DNA of 63,454 nucleotides, filler included, from Hausera hauseri (GCA_046269625.1; 11 parts of 11 records of this genome joined end to end with filler, not necessarily neighbours in it), one strand, 5' to 3'; shown: positions 48,522 to 62,049, counted from the first letter of the whole stretch. Notes: generated by a model not told the origin, from the letters alone. A program made the numbers and translations.

Positions 48522-51500
48522 ATATTCTTTCCTATGTCTTCTTACATGACATGTGTCCTGCTAAATATGAATCATGTTCTGCCATTAGAACTTCAGTTTG
48601 TAATTTCTTTGGAATTACTATAAGTTTTCTTCATTTTCGTTTATAATACAAAATGTCTTCTTGGCCTCTATCGTTTAAGACACAATATTTGTGGTCATGC
48701 CAATGTAGGTGTTTCTTTAGCTGTCGTTCTATGGGCATTGTGTCTTCCTTAGCAAATTCTATAATCTGCTGGACAACTTTGTCTCCTTTCTCTTCGGTTA
48801 AATTTTAATGGCTCTATCCAACATTAAAGCGCGTTGGCGATCTACTAATTCTTTAAGCTGAGCTTTCTTCATCACCCTAGTGGCGCTCGTCTTACTCTTC
48901 AGTCTTGAGAGTGCGTCAGCATCTACATGTTTGTTCCCAAGCTTATACTGAAATTCAATATTATATCGAAAAATTTCTTCAATCCATCTGTTAAGTCTAC
49001 ATGTCGGATTGTTTGTTTATCCTTTTAAGGTCGTGACAGCCTTATGATCCATTATGATTACGATTTTCTGTCCATACAGGTAAACGTTAAAATGTCGAAG
49101 TGTTTCTTTAGCGGTTAAAGTTTCCAATTCTGTAAAAGAATAATTTTTCTCAGATTTTTCAAATGAGCGTATTCCATATGCAGTAGGATGTTCCAATTCT
49201 TCATCATCTCGTTTCTGAGCCAGATCGTATCCAATACCTTCTTTACTGGCGTCAGCCTTAATTATAAATGGTAAATTGAAGTCTGGGTACCGTAAAACTG
49301 GTTCGCTCCTTAAAATCGTTTTCATTTCATCGAAAGCCTTCTGTTTGACATCTGTCCATTTCCACTTGATTCCTTTTTTAAGGAGACGATACAAAGGCGC
49401 ATTTATTTTTGAGTTGTCTGGCACAGAGATGGCATAATATCCACATAAACCTAGCCAGTGTCTTAACTCTTTCTGATTTTGCGGTCCCATGCAATCTGAT
49501 ATCTTGTTTAACAACGATTTTTCTGGTTTTGATTCTCCTTCTCCAACTATATGGCCAAAGTAGGATACTGCATTTTGAGCCAATTTGAATTTCTTCGGGT
49601 TTAGTTTTATTTCTGCTTGCTCTAATCGCATTAACGTGTGTTCAATATCCCTTATATGTTCTTCCTCTGTCTATGACGCTATCATTACATCATCTATGTG
49701 TGCAAAAGCGTGATCTTGTCCAATTAACATTTTGTTCATCATTCTTGTAAAAATAGTTGGTCCGGTGGTAATTCCGAACCGCATAACATTAAACTCGTAA
49801 ACGCCATCATGCGTTTTCAATGCAGGTTTATAATGATCTTCGTCTTCGATTTTTACTTGCCAATATTCGGATTGCAAATCCAAAGTAGTAAACCATTTTG
49901 CCCCTGAGAGCCTGTCAAGAGCTTCTTTAGTTTGTCCTGTAGTCGATCCAAAATCGATGTTTCGTAGTGCCCTTCTTCTTAACCATGAGAATCGCTTTAA
50001 GCATTCGTACGACTTCCTTTGTTATCTAAGGTCTCAATGAATGAGGTTCAGGGTATCATTTTGGCATTTTCTGATCTTCTAAATCTATCTCTTCGTTTGG
50101 ACCGGGCTTCTTCTTAAGCAGAATAACCAGTTTTAAGGCCTTTGCTCTGCCGATATCCTCGACGTCCTTCTCAATAATCGTTTTATAGCGGCATAATAGT
50201 TCTTAGAATCGACAATAAGATTCAGACAGAAACTTAGTTTCGACATGAGGTGGGAATTCAGCATACTTGTAAGGCTTTTTGTCGATAGTAATAGATGATA
50301 CTTTATAGGTATCTCCTAAAGTAGTGTAAGCATGTAATCTGACAGGGGTCGGCGAATTATTCGCTATTCTGAGTGGCACACGACCGAGTGTACTCTTGTC
50401 AATACATTACTAAGTGTTATATTCGGATTTAACGTTTTCCTTTGTTCAAAATATACTGGTTTATCATCATCTTGTTGTATTTGAGAGTAAATTATTATCT
50501 CTGTTCTCGGTGGAATGTGTTCATCGACTGGAACCCACACTTTGAATTTCCCATATTTAGCAATTTTTATGCCTCTGTTTGTCCGAATTTCTATTAGCTT
50601 TCCCGTCTGTAAATCTGTTGCTACGTGTGGCAGCCTTTTTAGTAGGTCGCAGCCTAGAACTACATCATCAGTTAATTGTTCTGTAACTGCAAATTCTTGA
50701 TAGGAAAATTGTTCTACTATTTGAATTTCTAGGTTCCGCATGAACATCAGTTTCGACATTTGACCGAAACCTCCTGTGCTATTGGGGTCTTCCTTATACG
50801 TTGGAGACAGTTATTCTCTCAATGTTTGGGGAATTTAGTCGTTTTTGATGTAAGACATCTCAAAACTTGTGTCGATTAGGGTATAGACTTTCGAATCTTT
50901 GATAATGATCTTGGCGAAGGATCTTCCTTCTATTACCGTTCAGGAAAGGTTTGATGCATTCTTTGCGCGCTTAACTGCCGATACGTTGTGCCCATTAATT
51001 CCGATCTCTGGGGAACTTACTATATTTTCCGATAGTTGCCTTAATTCTCCATTTGGATATAATTCATTATTTTCAATGTTTGATTCTTCTGCTTCATGAA
51101 CACTGATTAATGGTTATCGGTTGTTAGTATGCGGTTCTATATTCCGGAAGGTTTGTAATCTTCGATTTTCCCACACAGGTGGTCTGGTCTCTATATTTTG
51201 AGGTTCTCTCGGAGAGTATAGGCTCCTAGGATCATCCATAGGCTGCAGATAGCGCACCTTCCGCAGGATCCTGTATCGCCTGTTTCCTTTATAAGGGTCT
51301 TAGAGGCCAACTGTTCTCTTGTAAATTTTCGTTTGATAAGAGCCCATTGATTGCTTGTCTCAGTCTTCGTAGACTGGGCAGACGGAGGTAACATGGTCCA
51401 CGGCGCCTTTATGATAGAATGTCTTATGTCTATATACTTTTAAGCGAACTTCTTCTTCTTTAGGCTCGTCATAATCTGAGTTATTTCTGCGTGTATTAAG

Positions 51501-54500
51501 TTTGGTGGGCTTCCGCTTATACAAGGACATAGGCCTCCCCTTTCGTTTACGATGATGGTAGCCGACATGACGTTCTACATCTGATTTCCATCAATTTTCT
51601 TCATAGACCTTTAAAAACTTTCCGAAAGGTGTGATGATTGCCGTCAATATGTTACACAATAATCCCGTCAATGTAAATATTTCATATCCGTTTATCAAAG
51701 CTTGGCCTACCACCTTAATTAGTTGTATCATAAAATATATCGCTAGAAATCCAGGTGCGGCTGGTCCAAAAATTAAAAATCCTACACAAATTTTGTAGAG
51801 TATTTCCTTATTTACTCGTTGGTAATGATTTACTCCGAGCAATGATTCCCATTTAACTTGATATCAAGTATCGTCTACTACTGAGGCCATAGCTCGATTC
51901 AATCCGTGCGTTCGTTGTCGTGGGAAAACCAGAAATCGTCTAAAGCTTCAGTTTCCTTTGGTCTATAAATTCCTTTTGATGAGGTATCCTGGAATTTATC
52001 ATCCATGATTTATTTCACGAAATGAGTTCCCGTTAACTTAATTGGAGCGCAGTAATACCTCCGTTTGGCAAACTTACCCAATCTGTTTCGCTACGTCTAA
52101 ACATCGGTTCTCCTAAGCTTGCCATACAATCTTTAAAGATTGTTGGCTGAGTTGCTTTACCTAACAATACTCTGATAAGTAGCATGGCTAACCGGGGAAT
52201 GTTTTGGTATATAACCGGAAGTTCTTGGATACACCGTTTTTCTTCGACATTGATCGATGCATCACTTTTTTCACATTCGTAAGTCAATAAAACCTTACCG
52301 GTTACTCGACCAAAAATTCCTTCTCTCATAGGAATTATTGATGATGCTAACTCAGGATTAGCACAAATGAGAGCTAGTTTTGTTCTCATAATTTCCATGT
52401 CTAGCTTACAATCGTTTGGCTATTCCAACTTGTCCCTTGTAGTAAAAGTAATCGTCTCGATTTTTCAAGTAATCTTCAATACGAATATCCTGTGTTTCGA
52501 GTTGATAAGTCATTGCATTTATTTCCATTTCTGCGACGAAAAATGCTTCATTATTAGTGGCAAACATCGCAACCTCGCACCGTGAAATTATTTCCTTTTT
52601 AATAAATTTTAGCCCATGGGTATCGAAATCAGTATCGTGGGTGTAAAATGCTCTGCCACGTCTTCGCGCGTTCTTGAGTTACTGTCGAATTTATCCACAT
52701 ACCGCTTCCCGGTGGTTTCATTAAATTTTAGTTACTTAATTTTGATAAAATTACAGTTTATTCCAGAGGGACGTTCCCATATTATAACAGAACTTCTAAA
52801 AGCACACGTTCTGTCTTGTAAGTAGCATTTTTGATTTTCGGTATACAGTTTAGTCACACTGTGAAACATCACTTTCTGTACCCGAATTTCTGATTTATAG
52901 AAATCTACGACTATTACGTTCGATTCTACTCCCTTCACGGTGTCGTACTCTTCTCCATTACAGTGCCCTTTGTGCATATCTAGCTTCCCAGCTACTACTT
53001 TATAGGATCTAATTATCTTTGCTGGTTGCATTTCCAGTTCCATACTATCCCATTTTAATTTTCCTGTTTCTTTCACCAGTTTACAGTGTTGACGTTCTAA
53101 GTTCATTGGAATTAAGGGTGTCGTCGGTTTAATTATCGACGAATGCCCGTGCATTAATCCGCAGTGAAAAATGCTACGTGACCGCCCTAACATACATTCC
53201 ATCCCATCCGGTGATATTAATTCTTGTTGCTGGTATAGGAAGTAACTTTTCTCTTTTGTTTCTAGTCTGGCGTCAAAATCCATTAAGGAGTATTTCTGTC
53301 CGAGTTTGAATCTATCGCAATCATAGACCGTAACTGCACCCATCTGTTTTATCAACATCATCAATGTTAGAAAGCTAATTGACTAATTCGATTCGCTTCT
53401 TCGGTTACTGTTATCCGTTGCCATCAGGTTCCGTAGCATGTCTTCGAGTCGGCTACTATTATTGGATCCTTTATCTTCTTCCTTCTAGAACAATTTTTAC
53501 CAGCGTACTTCTTGGGGCAATTTCCTAGCCGCTCTTCGTGCCAAACTTGTAGCTCTATTAAATTCATTTTCTCAACCGGGATTCGTTTACATAGCTAAGC
53601 ACAGTAGTAATTTTCTTAGGTCTTCTATTGTGTTCTCCACCATAATTTTTTCGATCACCGTTTCATCGGTTAGATTACCTTTTTATAACCTTAAACGAGA
53701 ATTTCTCGTCATTCTAGCTGCATTAAATGTCGCTCTCTCTTTTTCGTCTAATACGTCACCATGGAGGTTTGAGTAATTTACGATGCGTATTAGATTTTTC
53801 ATTAACTTATTTAATTCGTCGTTGCCTGTGGTAAAATTAGGAATAGACATCTGTCTTAATTCTCTAATCAGTTCTCCGTTATAGTCAACGTCTTCTTTAA
53901 TTTTCCTGGGTCTGCCTACCGGACGTCTCTGTTTCGGAACAGTTATTGTCATTATACTCCGTGGCACTAAATTCTTGTCATATTGTTCCTTGTCTTCCTT
54001 CGTTTGTAAATATTCGAAATATATTGCGTAGTCTCTGACACCCATGATTTGTCCTACGTATTGTTCTTTCTTGGCCTTACGCGTGGTTTCTTCTTTCGTT
54101 CGTCGTTGGTTATTATTGCCATTATTCGGTTTACCTCATCAGGTGTAATCCCAACGTCTGCTGGCTGCTCTATATCGTCCAGTATTCTACCTCTGAAGTA
54201 GAATCTATAGTTCAATTTATTTGTTCCGCCACTGTTATTTACCCATTCTCTTGCGTACCTTACATAGGAATAGGTGGTCAACGCGCATTCTTTTACCTCC
54301 ATCCACTCAGATGATATCCTTAGTTTTATCGACATCTCGGGTTTAATTTTTAAGATTTTAGCGTATACCTTAATCAAAGGTTTCTGCACCGCGCTGTAGA
54401 TTGTGTTCTCACTAGATAGTTTGGTTAAATTCGGAATAAGCTGTCTTAACTTATTTTCCGTAATATTCACGTTAATTAATTTAATTAAATCCTTTTCGGT

Positions 54501-54931
54501 TAGCGCTGAATCCAGAAGCATCTCCACGTTGAATCTCCCATTCTGTAGGCATATTTTCGGCTCGTTTAGCCGTACTGGAGTCATTGGTGGGGTCATGGGA
54601 TTTTCATCAGTTATCGCATCTAAGTAAGCATCCAATTCTGGTTCATTTCCAACTTCTGGAAGTTCATAGTCTACTAATTCTGTACTCGTTCTCTGTACGT
54701 TTTCTCGGATCTCTTTTAGTCTCGGTGGTATTTCTTTTATTTGTGTGGTATGGAAACCTATTCCGTTTCCACAGGCATATTGAACCAATTTCAGTAGTTC
54801 GGCTAGTTCGTTAGAAGAAATGAGTTCCTTTTGATGGTAATCGGTCAGTTCAGTAATTACCTCTCTTTGTCATCTTTGTACGAATTCTCGCTTATTATTA
54901 ATTTGCGACTCGGTAAAAGCGTATCTTTTTC
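48522..54931 (-). mobile_element. Chuvirus-G Gypsy element copy E (UBL - AT-hook - G - PR - RT - RH - IN start), degenerate
   Basis: NYRFYFRGRILD; RRPVGRPRK; G from 53334 to ~51620; LIDTS; DLQSEYWQV; HIDD; YPDFNLPFIIKADAS; HDSYLAGH. Confidence 0.92.
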
Positions 54932-55031
54932 NNNNNNNNNNNNNNNNNNNNNNNNNNNNNNNNNNNNNNNNNNNNTTAATTAATTAANNNNNNNNNNNNN
55001 NNNNNNNNNNNNNNNNNNNNNNNNNNNNNNN

Positions 55032-55507
55032 CGCATTCCAACCTTGCTCTTGTCATTAAAAATGATCTTATTCCAATCATCTTGAATCCACAATTGATAA
55101 ATATTGGCCAAAATCTTACGTTGACGAATGTGATTCTCTGTTAGCAAAGGTTTGCTTTGTGCACGGTACACTCTTCTTCCACATTCATTTAGTCTTCTTT
55201 GAATCGTCCTAGTTGACATTGATTTTCCAGAGTCACCAGGCTCACCTTTCAAATCAACAGAAGTTAGTTTTGTGTCTTTATTACTCTTCATCCTGAGCAA
55301 ATCGACACTATACTCCGACAATTTCCTCTTTCGCCCACAACGACCTTTTCTTTATGACAGACATAAACCTGATTCCCTAAACTTTCTTGCCAATTTGTAT
55401 ACTTCACTCTGTGAAACACAAACTTTACCTGCTATCTGACGTTTGGAATACGCACCAGTTTCAATTAGGGCTTTTATTTCACCCCTTTTCACCAATTCAA
55501 TATCCAT
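55032..55507 (-). mobile_element. Tc1 transposase N-terminal remnant
   Basis: Paired-like HTH (SKRQIAGKVCVSQSEV), RTIQRRLNECG, KPLLT, WNKIIFNDKSK (corresponds to W..V.FSDES). Confidence 0.88.
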
Positions 55508-55618
55508 TGCAATGCAAAAACAGCTAAAAATTTACGCAAATAATGGCAAACAAAATACACGTATGATTCATTCCATGATGCAGCAAAACAATTAATTAAA
55601 TTTAAATTCATACAGTTC

Positions 55619-56311
55619 TGTTGTCGCTGCAAGCAAACCTAAATACAACTTTTAGGGTAGGTGTCTTGCGTTTGTGTTTCAAATTCACAAACCAAATTCT
55701 GAGGGTTATCTTTCAAATGTTGTTGATTAAGTTGTTCTTTTCTAATTGCTTCTCTAGCAAAGAAAAACTCAAGTCGCTCTTTGATAACGAAATTCAAATA
55801 TGAGATTAGAATGAAGATATGATTGAAATATGTGGTTAAATTATTCAAGTATTTCACAATTATCATAAAATTCCTTCTACAAATTATGTGTAAATGTTAG
55901 TGATTTATGTGTAGAATAGAAATGGTTTAATTTCCTCAGACTTTCTGTGAGTCTGGGATAACAATATTACTTTAAACAAGTGAAAAACAATTAACACAAA
56001 ATTATATTAAACTTTCTAACGAATAAAAATATACTTACAGTTTTTTTTTCTTAAAATCAATTATCACCCAAGAGGTTCATAAAACAATAATATAACCAAA
56101 GCACTGATTATAGAAATAAAACTTTGTAATTTGTGTTGTGTCCTAGCACATTTTTCGTTTCAGTATTTATATAAAAGTCTGGTCTAATTATGGGCACAAA
56201 TTCGGGTAGGAGAAATTTTACTCTGACAACCCTAATAAATCAGACCTAATCAATCAATTCTGATATTTTTAGATTTATCAGACAATTGTCTGATTTCAGC
56301 ATTTATCAACA
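55619..56311 (-). repeat. Complete 3' LTR (693 bp), apparently inserted upstream of the Tc1 ORF
   Basis: PPT AAGGGTAGGGGAA (56312-56324); TGTTG...CAACA terminal inverted repeat; TATATAAATA near 56170. Confidence 0.8.
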
Positions 56312-56611
56312 TTCCCCTACCCTTAAAACGGAATGTATATATAAAAAAGGAAAGTGAACTAAAGAAATAATATTTACACTAAATAAAGTAAATAGATTGA
56401 TATTGAAAATACAATAAAAACAAGAAGAATGACGAAGGTGTAACATGCAGATGAAAGAAAATTAGTGAGTGTTACAAATACAAAATAAAATAAAATGAAG
56501 AATATACAATGTATACAGGATGTAGTCAAAAATCAGATTAATGTTAGTTCATAATATTAATGTCTGTAATCATTTGTATCAGTAAAATTTTGGATTGATC
56601 TGGTTCTGAAC

Positions 56612-58717
56612 TTATCCATCCAAATCGACACTTTCCTGGTTGATTCTAGTATCTATCAGATCTTCGTCTTCTGGTTGTAATCCTGGTCTAATACGTTCGA
56701 TAGGTATGAGTGTTGGTTGCGTTTGTTTTAGCAGTAATAAGTATTTGATCTGTCCATTGAAAAATTGTTCTGTTACCGAGTCAATCGTATTTGATACAAT
56801 TAATTTAATTCGCAATTTGGTGCTGAGCTGTACTCCGAAATTTACGGGTAGCTTCAGTACCACCGTGGGTTTCTGATATGGTATTAGAAAGTATTGGTTA
56901 TCTGGTCTTTGATATATGGCGCCAATGAAATTATTTCTCTCGGAATTCCATTTTGAAAGTCGTCTAAATGTAATGGTCTTTTTGAAAAAATAGGGTCTGT
57001 CAATGTGATGTATTGGAATTGGCAGAGTCAGATGATTCTTTTTCAATAATATACCGAAATTGAATGCTATTTTTTCTACATTGATTAAACACCTTTCTAT
57101 TTGTTGGGCCAATTTATCTGAATTTGATAACATGGTTTGAGTCATTATATCTTTGGTTTGCGGTGGATGTGTCCACAATCCCAATTCTAGATCTTCATCG
57201 TTACTTTCGGCTGCCAATATCTGCTGAATATCTCTGTTATCCACGATATCCTCTGATTGTTCTGACTCTGGATCTTCTAGAGATATGTTGTCAGGAGTAT
57301 TAAGCTCCATATCTATATCAATTTGTTCATTGGTATCGTTCTTTCTATTACCATTAACCAAACAGACATCAATTTTATGTATCCATCCGAAGTTTTCTAG
57401 ATATTTCTCTCTTCTATAAAATAGTTCACCAACGTCTATTATGTTTTCTTGTGGATTGTCTGGTGTCCAATTCACTTGTCTTGGTTCCGTGATGGTATGT
57501 ATAATATCCATGGTTAGTTCAAATTTTCCATCTGTGTCTTGGTTATAAAGTTGACCCTTACGAAATTTTGGTAGTTTCAATTCCTTTGCGACATTAATGA
57601 TATCTATGGTAGTAAAAGTAACTCCTGTTACTTCGGGATGCTTCAAAATATCTACCACTCCAGCCAGGTAATTTGGGTGAATGTCAAATATTTGTATCAT
57701 TCTATGGGTATCAATACCCATTACTATGGTGCCGAACAGCCATTGTGTTAGTTCTTTTGAGACTTCAAAAACATCAATTCCTCTTGATTGCAGAATCTGG
57801 AAATCGATTCCATGTCGGCCAGTATTACAGTTATGAACTCTTTCTCTATTTACCACGAACGCTCGATATAAAGTCTTTCCCTTCAAGTCTGAGATAACCA
57901 CTTCTAACGGCATAGGAGATCCATCCACTCGGTAACCCAACGATACAGTTAATATCCTAATGGTATTTGATTGATTGGTTTGTAGATAATTAAGTTTTGA
58001 GTCCATTATAATTTCTGGCGGTGTCTGAGCTAGCACCATCGGACGTGGCATAGATAGGTGCTTTTCAGGTAAAAGCCACTCAATCATAAGTATTAGTGGT
58101 ATTCTGTTTGGTCTGAACTGAAGTAAATTTGCGCTCATAGGAGTGTTTATGGCTAACGTTTCCTCCTCAAAGAGGGTTGCTATATTGGACATACTATACT
58201 GAGAACTTCTTGATGTTTTTATGACAAGGGTACCTCTTGCCATATGCAATATGAGGCCATCAATGGAGGGACATTCGGTTATGTATTCTTCTAGTGATCG
58301 CTGATGCGATTCCGCAATGGTGATAATTTTTATATGTCTGGTAACGGTTGGTCCATATTTCAATGAATTGGGGATCTGGGTTACATGATGGAAGAACTGC
58401 TCTGGATATACTGCCGCTTCTCTTCTGATATGATTGTAAAAAGTTCTGGACATAGTTTTGGTGAATGACGAACTTTTCGATGCATATTGTGACAATAACT
58501 GTTCTATTGAGAGAGTGTCCGCATGAAACAATGGGAACAAACTGGTGAATCTGTTTTGGTGATGGATTTGCGTCATATCTTTTTTGTTTCTGATTATTCG
58601 GTATCTGTCTTTGAAATTAACTTTGTTTTGTAATCGTGTTGGAAAAAGAGATGAATAAAAATTTTTTTCAAATAAATACTCACTTTGTTGTGTGTGTGTG
58701 TACCGCATGGTAACCAA
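56612..58717 (-). CDS. 701-aa retroelement accessory protein with a central DEDDh (REX4/ISG20-like) exonuclease-like domain
   Basis: Uninterrupted ORF ending ~290 bp upstream of the PPT. LEVVISDLKGKTLYRAFV...NCNTGRHGI...DVFEVSKELTQWLFGTIVMG follows the REX4 fold pattern (RVSIVN..G..LYD.FV.P...DYRT..SGI...F..V..EV...L.GRILVGH). Confidence 0.65.
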   Translation of the reverse strand: MVTMRYTHTQQSEYLFEKNFYSSLFPTRLQNKVNFKDRYRIIRNKKDMTQIHHQNRFTSLFPLFHADTLSIEQLLSQYASKSSSFTKTMSRTFYNHIRREAAVYPEQFFHHVTQIPNSLKYGPTVTRHIKIITIAESHQRSLEEYITECPSIDGLILHMARGTLVIKTSRSSQYSMSNIATLFEEETLAINTPMSANLLQFRPNRIPLILMIEWLLPEKHLSMPRPMVLAQTPPEIIMDSKLNYLQTNQSNTIRILTVSLGYRVDGSPMPLEVVISDLKGKTLYRAFVVNRERVHNCNTGRHGIDFQILQSRGIDVFEVSKELTQWLFGTIVMGIDTHRMIQIFDIHPNYLAGVVDILKHPEVTGVTFTTIDIINVAKELKLPKFRKGQLYNQDTDGKFELTMDIIHTITEPRQVNWTPDNPQENIIDVGELFYRREKYLENFGWIHKIDVCLVNGNRKNDTNEQIDIDMELNTPDNISLEDPESEQSEDIVDNRDIQQILAAESNDEDLELGLWTHPPQTKDIMTQTMLSNSDKLAQQIERCLINVEKIAFNFGILLKKNHLTLPIPIHHIDRPYFFKKTITFRRLSKWNSERNNFIGAIYQRPDNQYFLIPYQKPTVVLKLPVNFGVQLSTKLRIKLIVSNTIDSVTEQFFNGQIKYLLLLKQTQPTLIPIERIRPGLQPEDEDLIDTRINQESVDLDG

Positions 58718-59118
58718 ACAATTAATAAAGATGTGATGATTGGACTTAGTGTGCGAGGCGCATATGTGTGAATGCTAGATGGCGATGACATCAGCTGTGG
58801 CTGGTCACGCGATTTTAGAGGGCAGTAGCACGTGCTAGTGCTAGTAAGAATTTGTCTGTAAATTTTTGGAGTCAGCAAGGTACCTAGAGTCAACACTATC
58901 AACAACAAAACACTTAGAATAATGATTAATATGGCACACACAGTTATGCTTAATTCTGTAACTTCTAGACTTTTCTTAGACACTGAGTCATTTCTGACGT
59001 CATTTTGATTGTAATTAAACTTTACTACATTATTTATTTTTGGCAACGTTCTGATATGAGTTTCAAAATAATGTGTACAATTTTTAATTATTACTAGATA
59101 TTCAGTGTCTGACGTCAA
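58594..59118 (-). CDS. C-terminal part of an accessory membrane protein
   Basis: TM ITVCAILIIILSVLLLIVLTLGTLL, in the same position as the membrane ORFs at 23775 and 60521. Confidence 0.6.
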   Translation of the reverse strand: MTSDTEYLVIIKNCTHYFETHIRTLPKINNVVKFNYNQNDVRNDSVSKKSLEVTELSITVCAILIIILSVLLLIVLTLGTLLTPKIYRQILTSTSTCYCPLKSRDQPQLMSSPSSIHTYAPRTLSPIITSLLIVWLPCGTHTHNKVSIYLKKIFIHLFFQHDYKTKLISKTDTE

Positions 59119-59234
59119 TCTGGTACAATANNNNNNNNNNNNNNNNNNNNNNNNNNNNNNNNNNNNNNNNNNNNTTAATTAATTAANNNNNNNNNNNNNN
59201 NNNNNNNNNNNNNNNNNNNNNNNNNNNNNNTTTA

Positions 59235-60340
59235 CTAATTGGCTGGAAGTGAACGAAAAATTGTTTTTCCTGAGGGAGCTCTGTATCCGAGTCCGTCAGG
59301 TTTGAAGATCTCGCCGTCTATTAATACCTCTTCTTCTATTTCGATCTTTCTTCTTTTTGATGATGCTTCTGGTGGTCTTTTTAGGACCTTGTCGGAGGCC
59401 GTCGTTTCATTTATTACTTCATCGTCCCATCGCAAAGTGTTATATAAGGCATGGTGGCATTGTACCAATGCCATACTGCGGAGTGGCATACCTTTCATTT
59501 CATAGAAGTTCTTTGCCAACTCCTTATAGGTCATCGTCTCTAATCTATACTTCCGAATCACCTCTTCGTGGTAAAGCACATCAAGAACTCCGATGATTCG
59601 TCGTAACGGACAGAGGTATTTTCGTAACATCTCCAGCACCCCGACTTCAACGACCATCTTGTCATTTAAGATCGCTGAAATCTGGTAAAATAGATTGGCA
59701 TCCATTTGATTGTTAATACTGCTCTCGGTGAGCCCCATAATATGGGAATCAAAATTATTAATTCTCTGTCTTGGAGTTATCATAGCATAAAATAAGGTGT
59801 CTCCTTTGAAACTTATCACTGAGCATTCCAACGGAGTTAATTGGTTATTCTGGTCGTATGCTAGGTTGACTAGGCGTTGTCCAGATTAATTCCGCCTTTA
59901 ACAACTCGATTCCTATCATAATCCTATTAGTCAGTGTGCGGATTTTGAGGATACTTCTTTTGACCAGATCGAATTGAATCGTTATTCCATGATTTGGGTA
60001 TAAATTGATTAGATCCCCTTGTTGATTTGTCTTAATATCTTTCATTTTTATTTGAAACTTTCCAGTAATATCATAAACATTGAGGCTATAGAATTTGTCC
60101 AGGAAACTAATCAAATCCTGAAGAGGGAACGAAGTATCCTTCGTTATCTGGACTAATGCTAGCGACCGATTTCCCATGGAATACCCCTTGAAATTATTGG
60201 GTATTTGCTGAACCATAGGGTAGTTGATAATGTACGTATTATAATTGACTACTATATGATACTAATTGGATGAATTGGCATTGATCAAATGGCTTTTGGC
60301 ATTTTCATACCAATTTTTACTGCGTTGCACGGCTTAAATA
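59235..60340 (-). pseudogene. Accessory ORF: IPNNxK domain plus DEDDh-exonuclease-like domain
   Basis: QQIPNNFKG...; LECSVISFKGDTLFYAMITPRQRINNFDSHIMGLT...ILNDKMVV...IIGVLDVLYH. Confidence 0.65.
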
Positions 60341-60520
60341 TCTATTAATGCAAAAATCAAAGTCATGTATATATCACAAAATCTTAAATATAATAAAACG
60401 GTTATCATATACTTAACTTTGGTAATCGTTATTTTAATTCTGTTTGTATAAAAGGTAACTGTGACGCTCAGTTATCGTGTTAATTCGGATTGCGTTGACA
60501 TCAATCCGGGGAAACCATCG

Positions 60521-61812
60521 TCAGCTTGGATTGGCAGTATTCAAGATGTTTGCTATGCGTCGAATATCTATCTTCGCCAAATTGGTTCTGCGACGCTTTC
60601 GTACGTAGGGGACTAATTTCATGGTAAGTGATATACCTATGGCTATTATTATAGGAGGCATGGTACATATTAGTATTATTTCCAATTTTGAATAAGTGTA
60701 TGTTGTATGTGACAGTCTTAAAGCTGTCGTTGGTCCGGCAGTAGCTTTTCTATAGAGTAATTTTATTTCCATTTCATTTCTGATCAATGCTGTTAATATT
60801 TTGGTGGATAAGACTGTACTATTATCGTCATATAGTTGCAACAAAATCATATATTTGGTATTAGGGGTCAATGCTGCACAAGGCACGATTAAGTCATCCG
60901 GTGTTATAACTCCTTTTGCAACTACCGTGTCTCGTATTTTACATGCAAATTTTACTTTAAAGATGTCAAGGTATTTGTGACATTTTCCCATATGGAACGC
61001 TTCTGCCGGTAATATGATACGCATGGCATAATTAGAACAGTCATCTCCCTTTCATTACTTTTATTAATCAGCAAGGAGTGCACAGATGATGCCGTAACAT
61101 TCTTTAGTTCATCATATTCAACTTTATTTCGATATCGCAGGTACATGGTTGGTCCTTTTCTTTTTATACATCTTACCTCTAGTTTCGTTGCACATCAGTT
61201 ATCTGACATTTCTGAGTTTTTTTGCGATTTTGCGCTTTTTTAACGGATATTGTTATCCAACGAGTGTTTTTTAATTCTATCGTGCTCGAAATTGCAATAC
61301 AGCTTCTTCTACTTTTGAATACTATTGATTTTGCTGAGAGTTGGATATTTATTATCTCATCCAACAATTTTTTATTCATCTCATGTCTAGTAGGAATACG
61401 GATGTGTTTAATAAATTAGGTGTACTGGCTCTTATAGCAGGCTCCTTTTTATGAGGGTTAAGTACACACCATGAGGGCCTGAACCACTCACTAAACATTG
61501 GGTTTCATTTACACAAGCGTGGAGTATGCAGTTATAGCGGCGTTCATTAGGGTTTCTTTTATCATCGTCCCAAGGTATTATCTGTATTCCTATCATATAT
61601 TCAATAGGTATCCGTCGGGCTGTATGCCAGATTATACCTTTTTTACCGTTAATGGTGTACGTTACTCGGTATCGTAGACCTTTCAGCAACAAACCTCCAT
61701 TTATTGCCATTGCGTGTCGTATTTTAGCTTTCTCAATCTCTTTGTCAATTGGCTTAAGACTGGGCAATAATATAAAAAACATCAATACGACATAATTTTT
61801 TATTTTAACCAA
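60521..61812 (-). pseudogene. Accessory type-I membrane protein (frameshifted)
   Basis: Signal-like NYVVLMFFILLPSLKP after integrase; TM IILICTMPPIIIAIGISL followed by RKRRR. Confidence 0.6.
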
Positions 61813-62049
61813 TTTGTGTTGACCTTTCTTTTACCTCTTTCTTCACCTCTCACCGTCTTTTCCCTAACCCTTCTTACTGTTTCCGGTTCATCTTGTCTAA
61901 GCTTGCTTTCTTTAGCTGCTGGTTTACATATATTAACGTCGACTTTAAAAATAACATTATTTTAAATAGATATTTGGTTAGTCCACCTTTTCCACTTCAT
62001 ATGGTCCTTTATATGGTCTATCTAATTTGGATGTTCTGCCTTTCTTGCC

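Noticed and set aside
55032-59130. 701-aa ORF as a host REXO gene or as cargo of the Tc1 element
   Set aside because: It is intronless, sits directly upstream of a PPT and TG...CA LTR, and has homologues in the same slot of two Gypsy elements.
4376-59230. Recurring TTAATTAATTAA within N runs as a repeat array or regulatory site
   Set aside because: It is an artificial six-frame-stop linker. ORFs running into X residues and any synteny across these gaps are artefacts.
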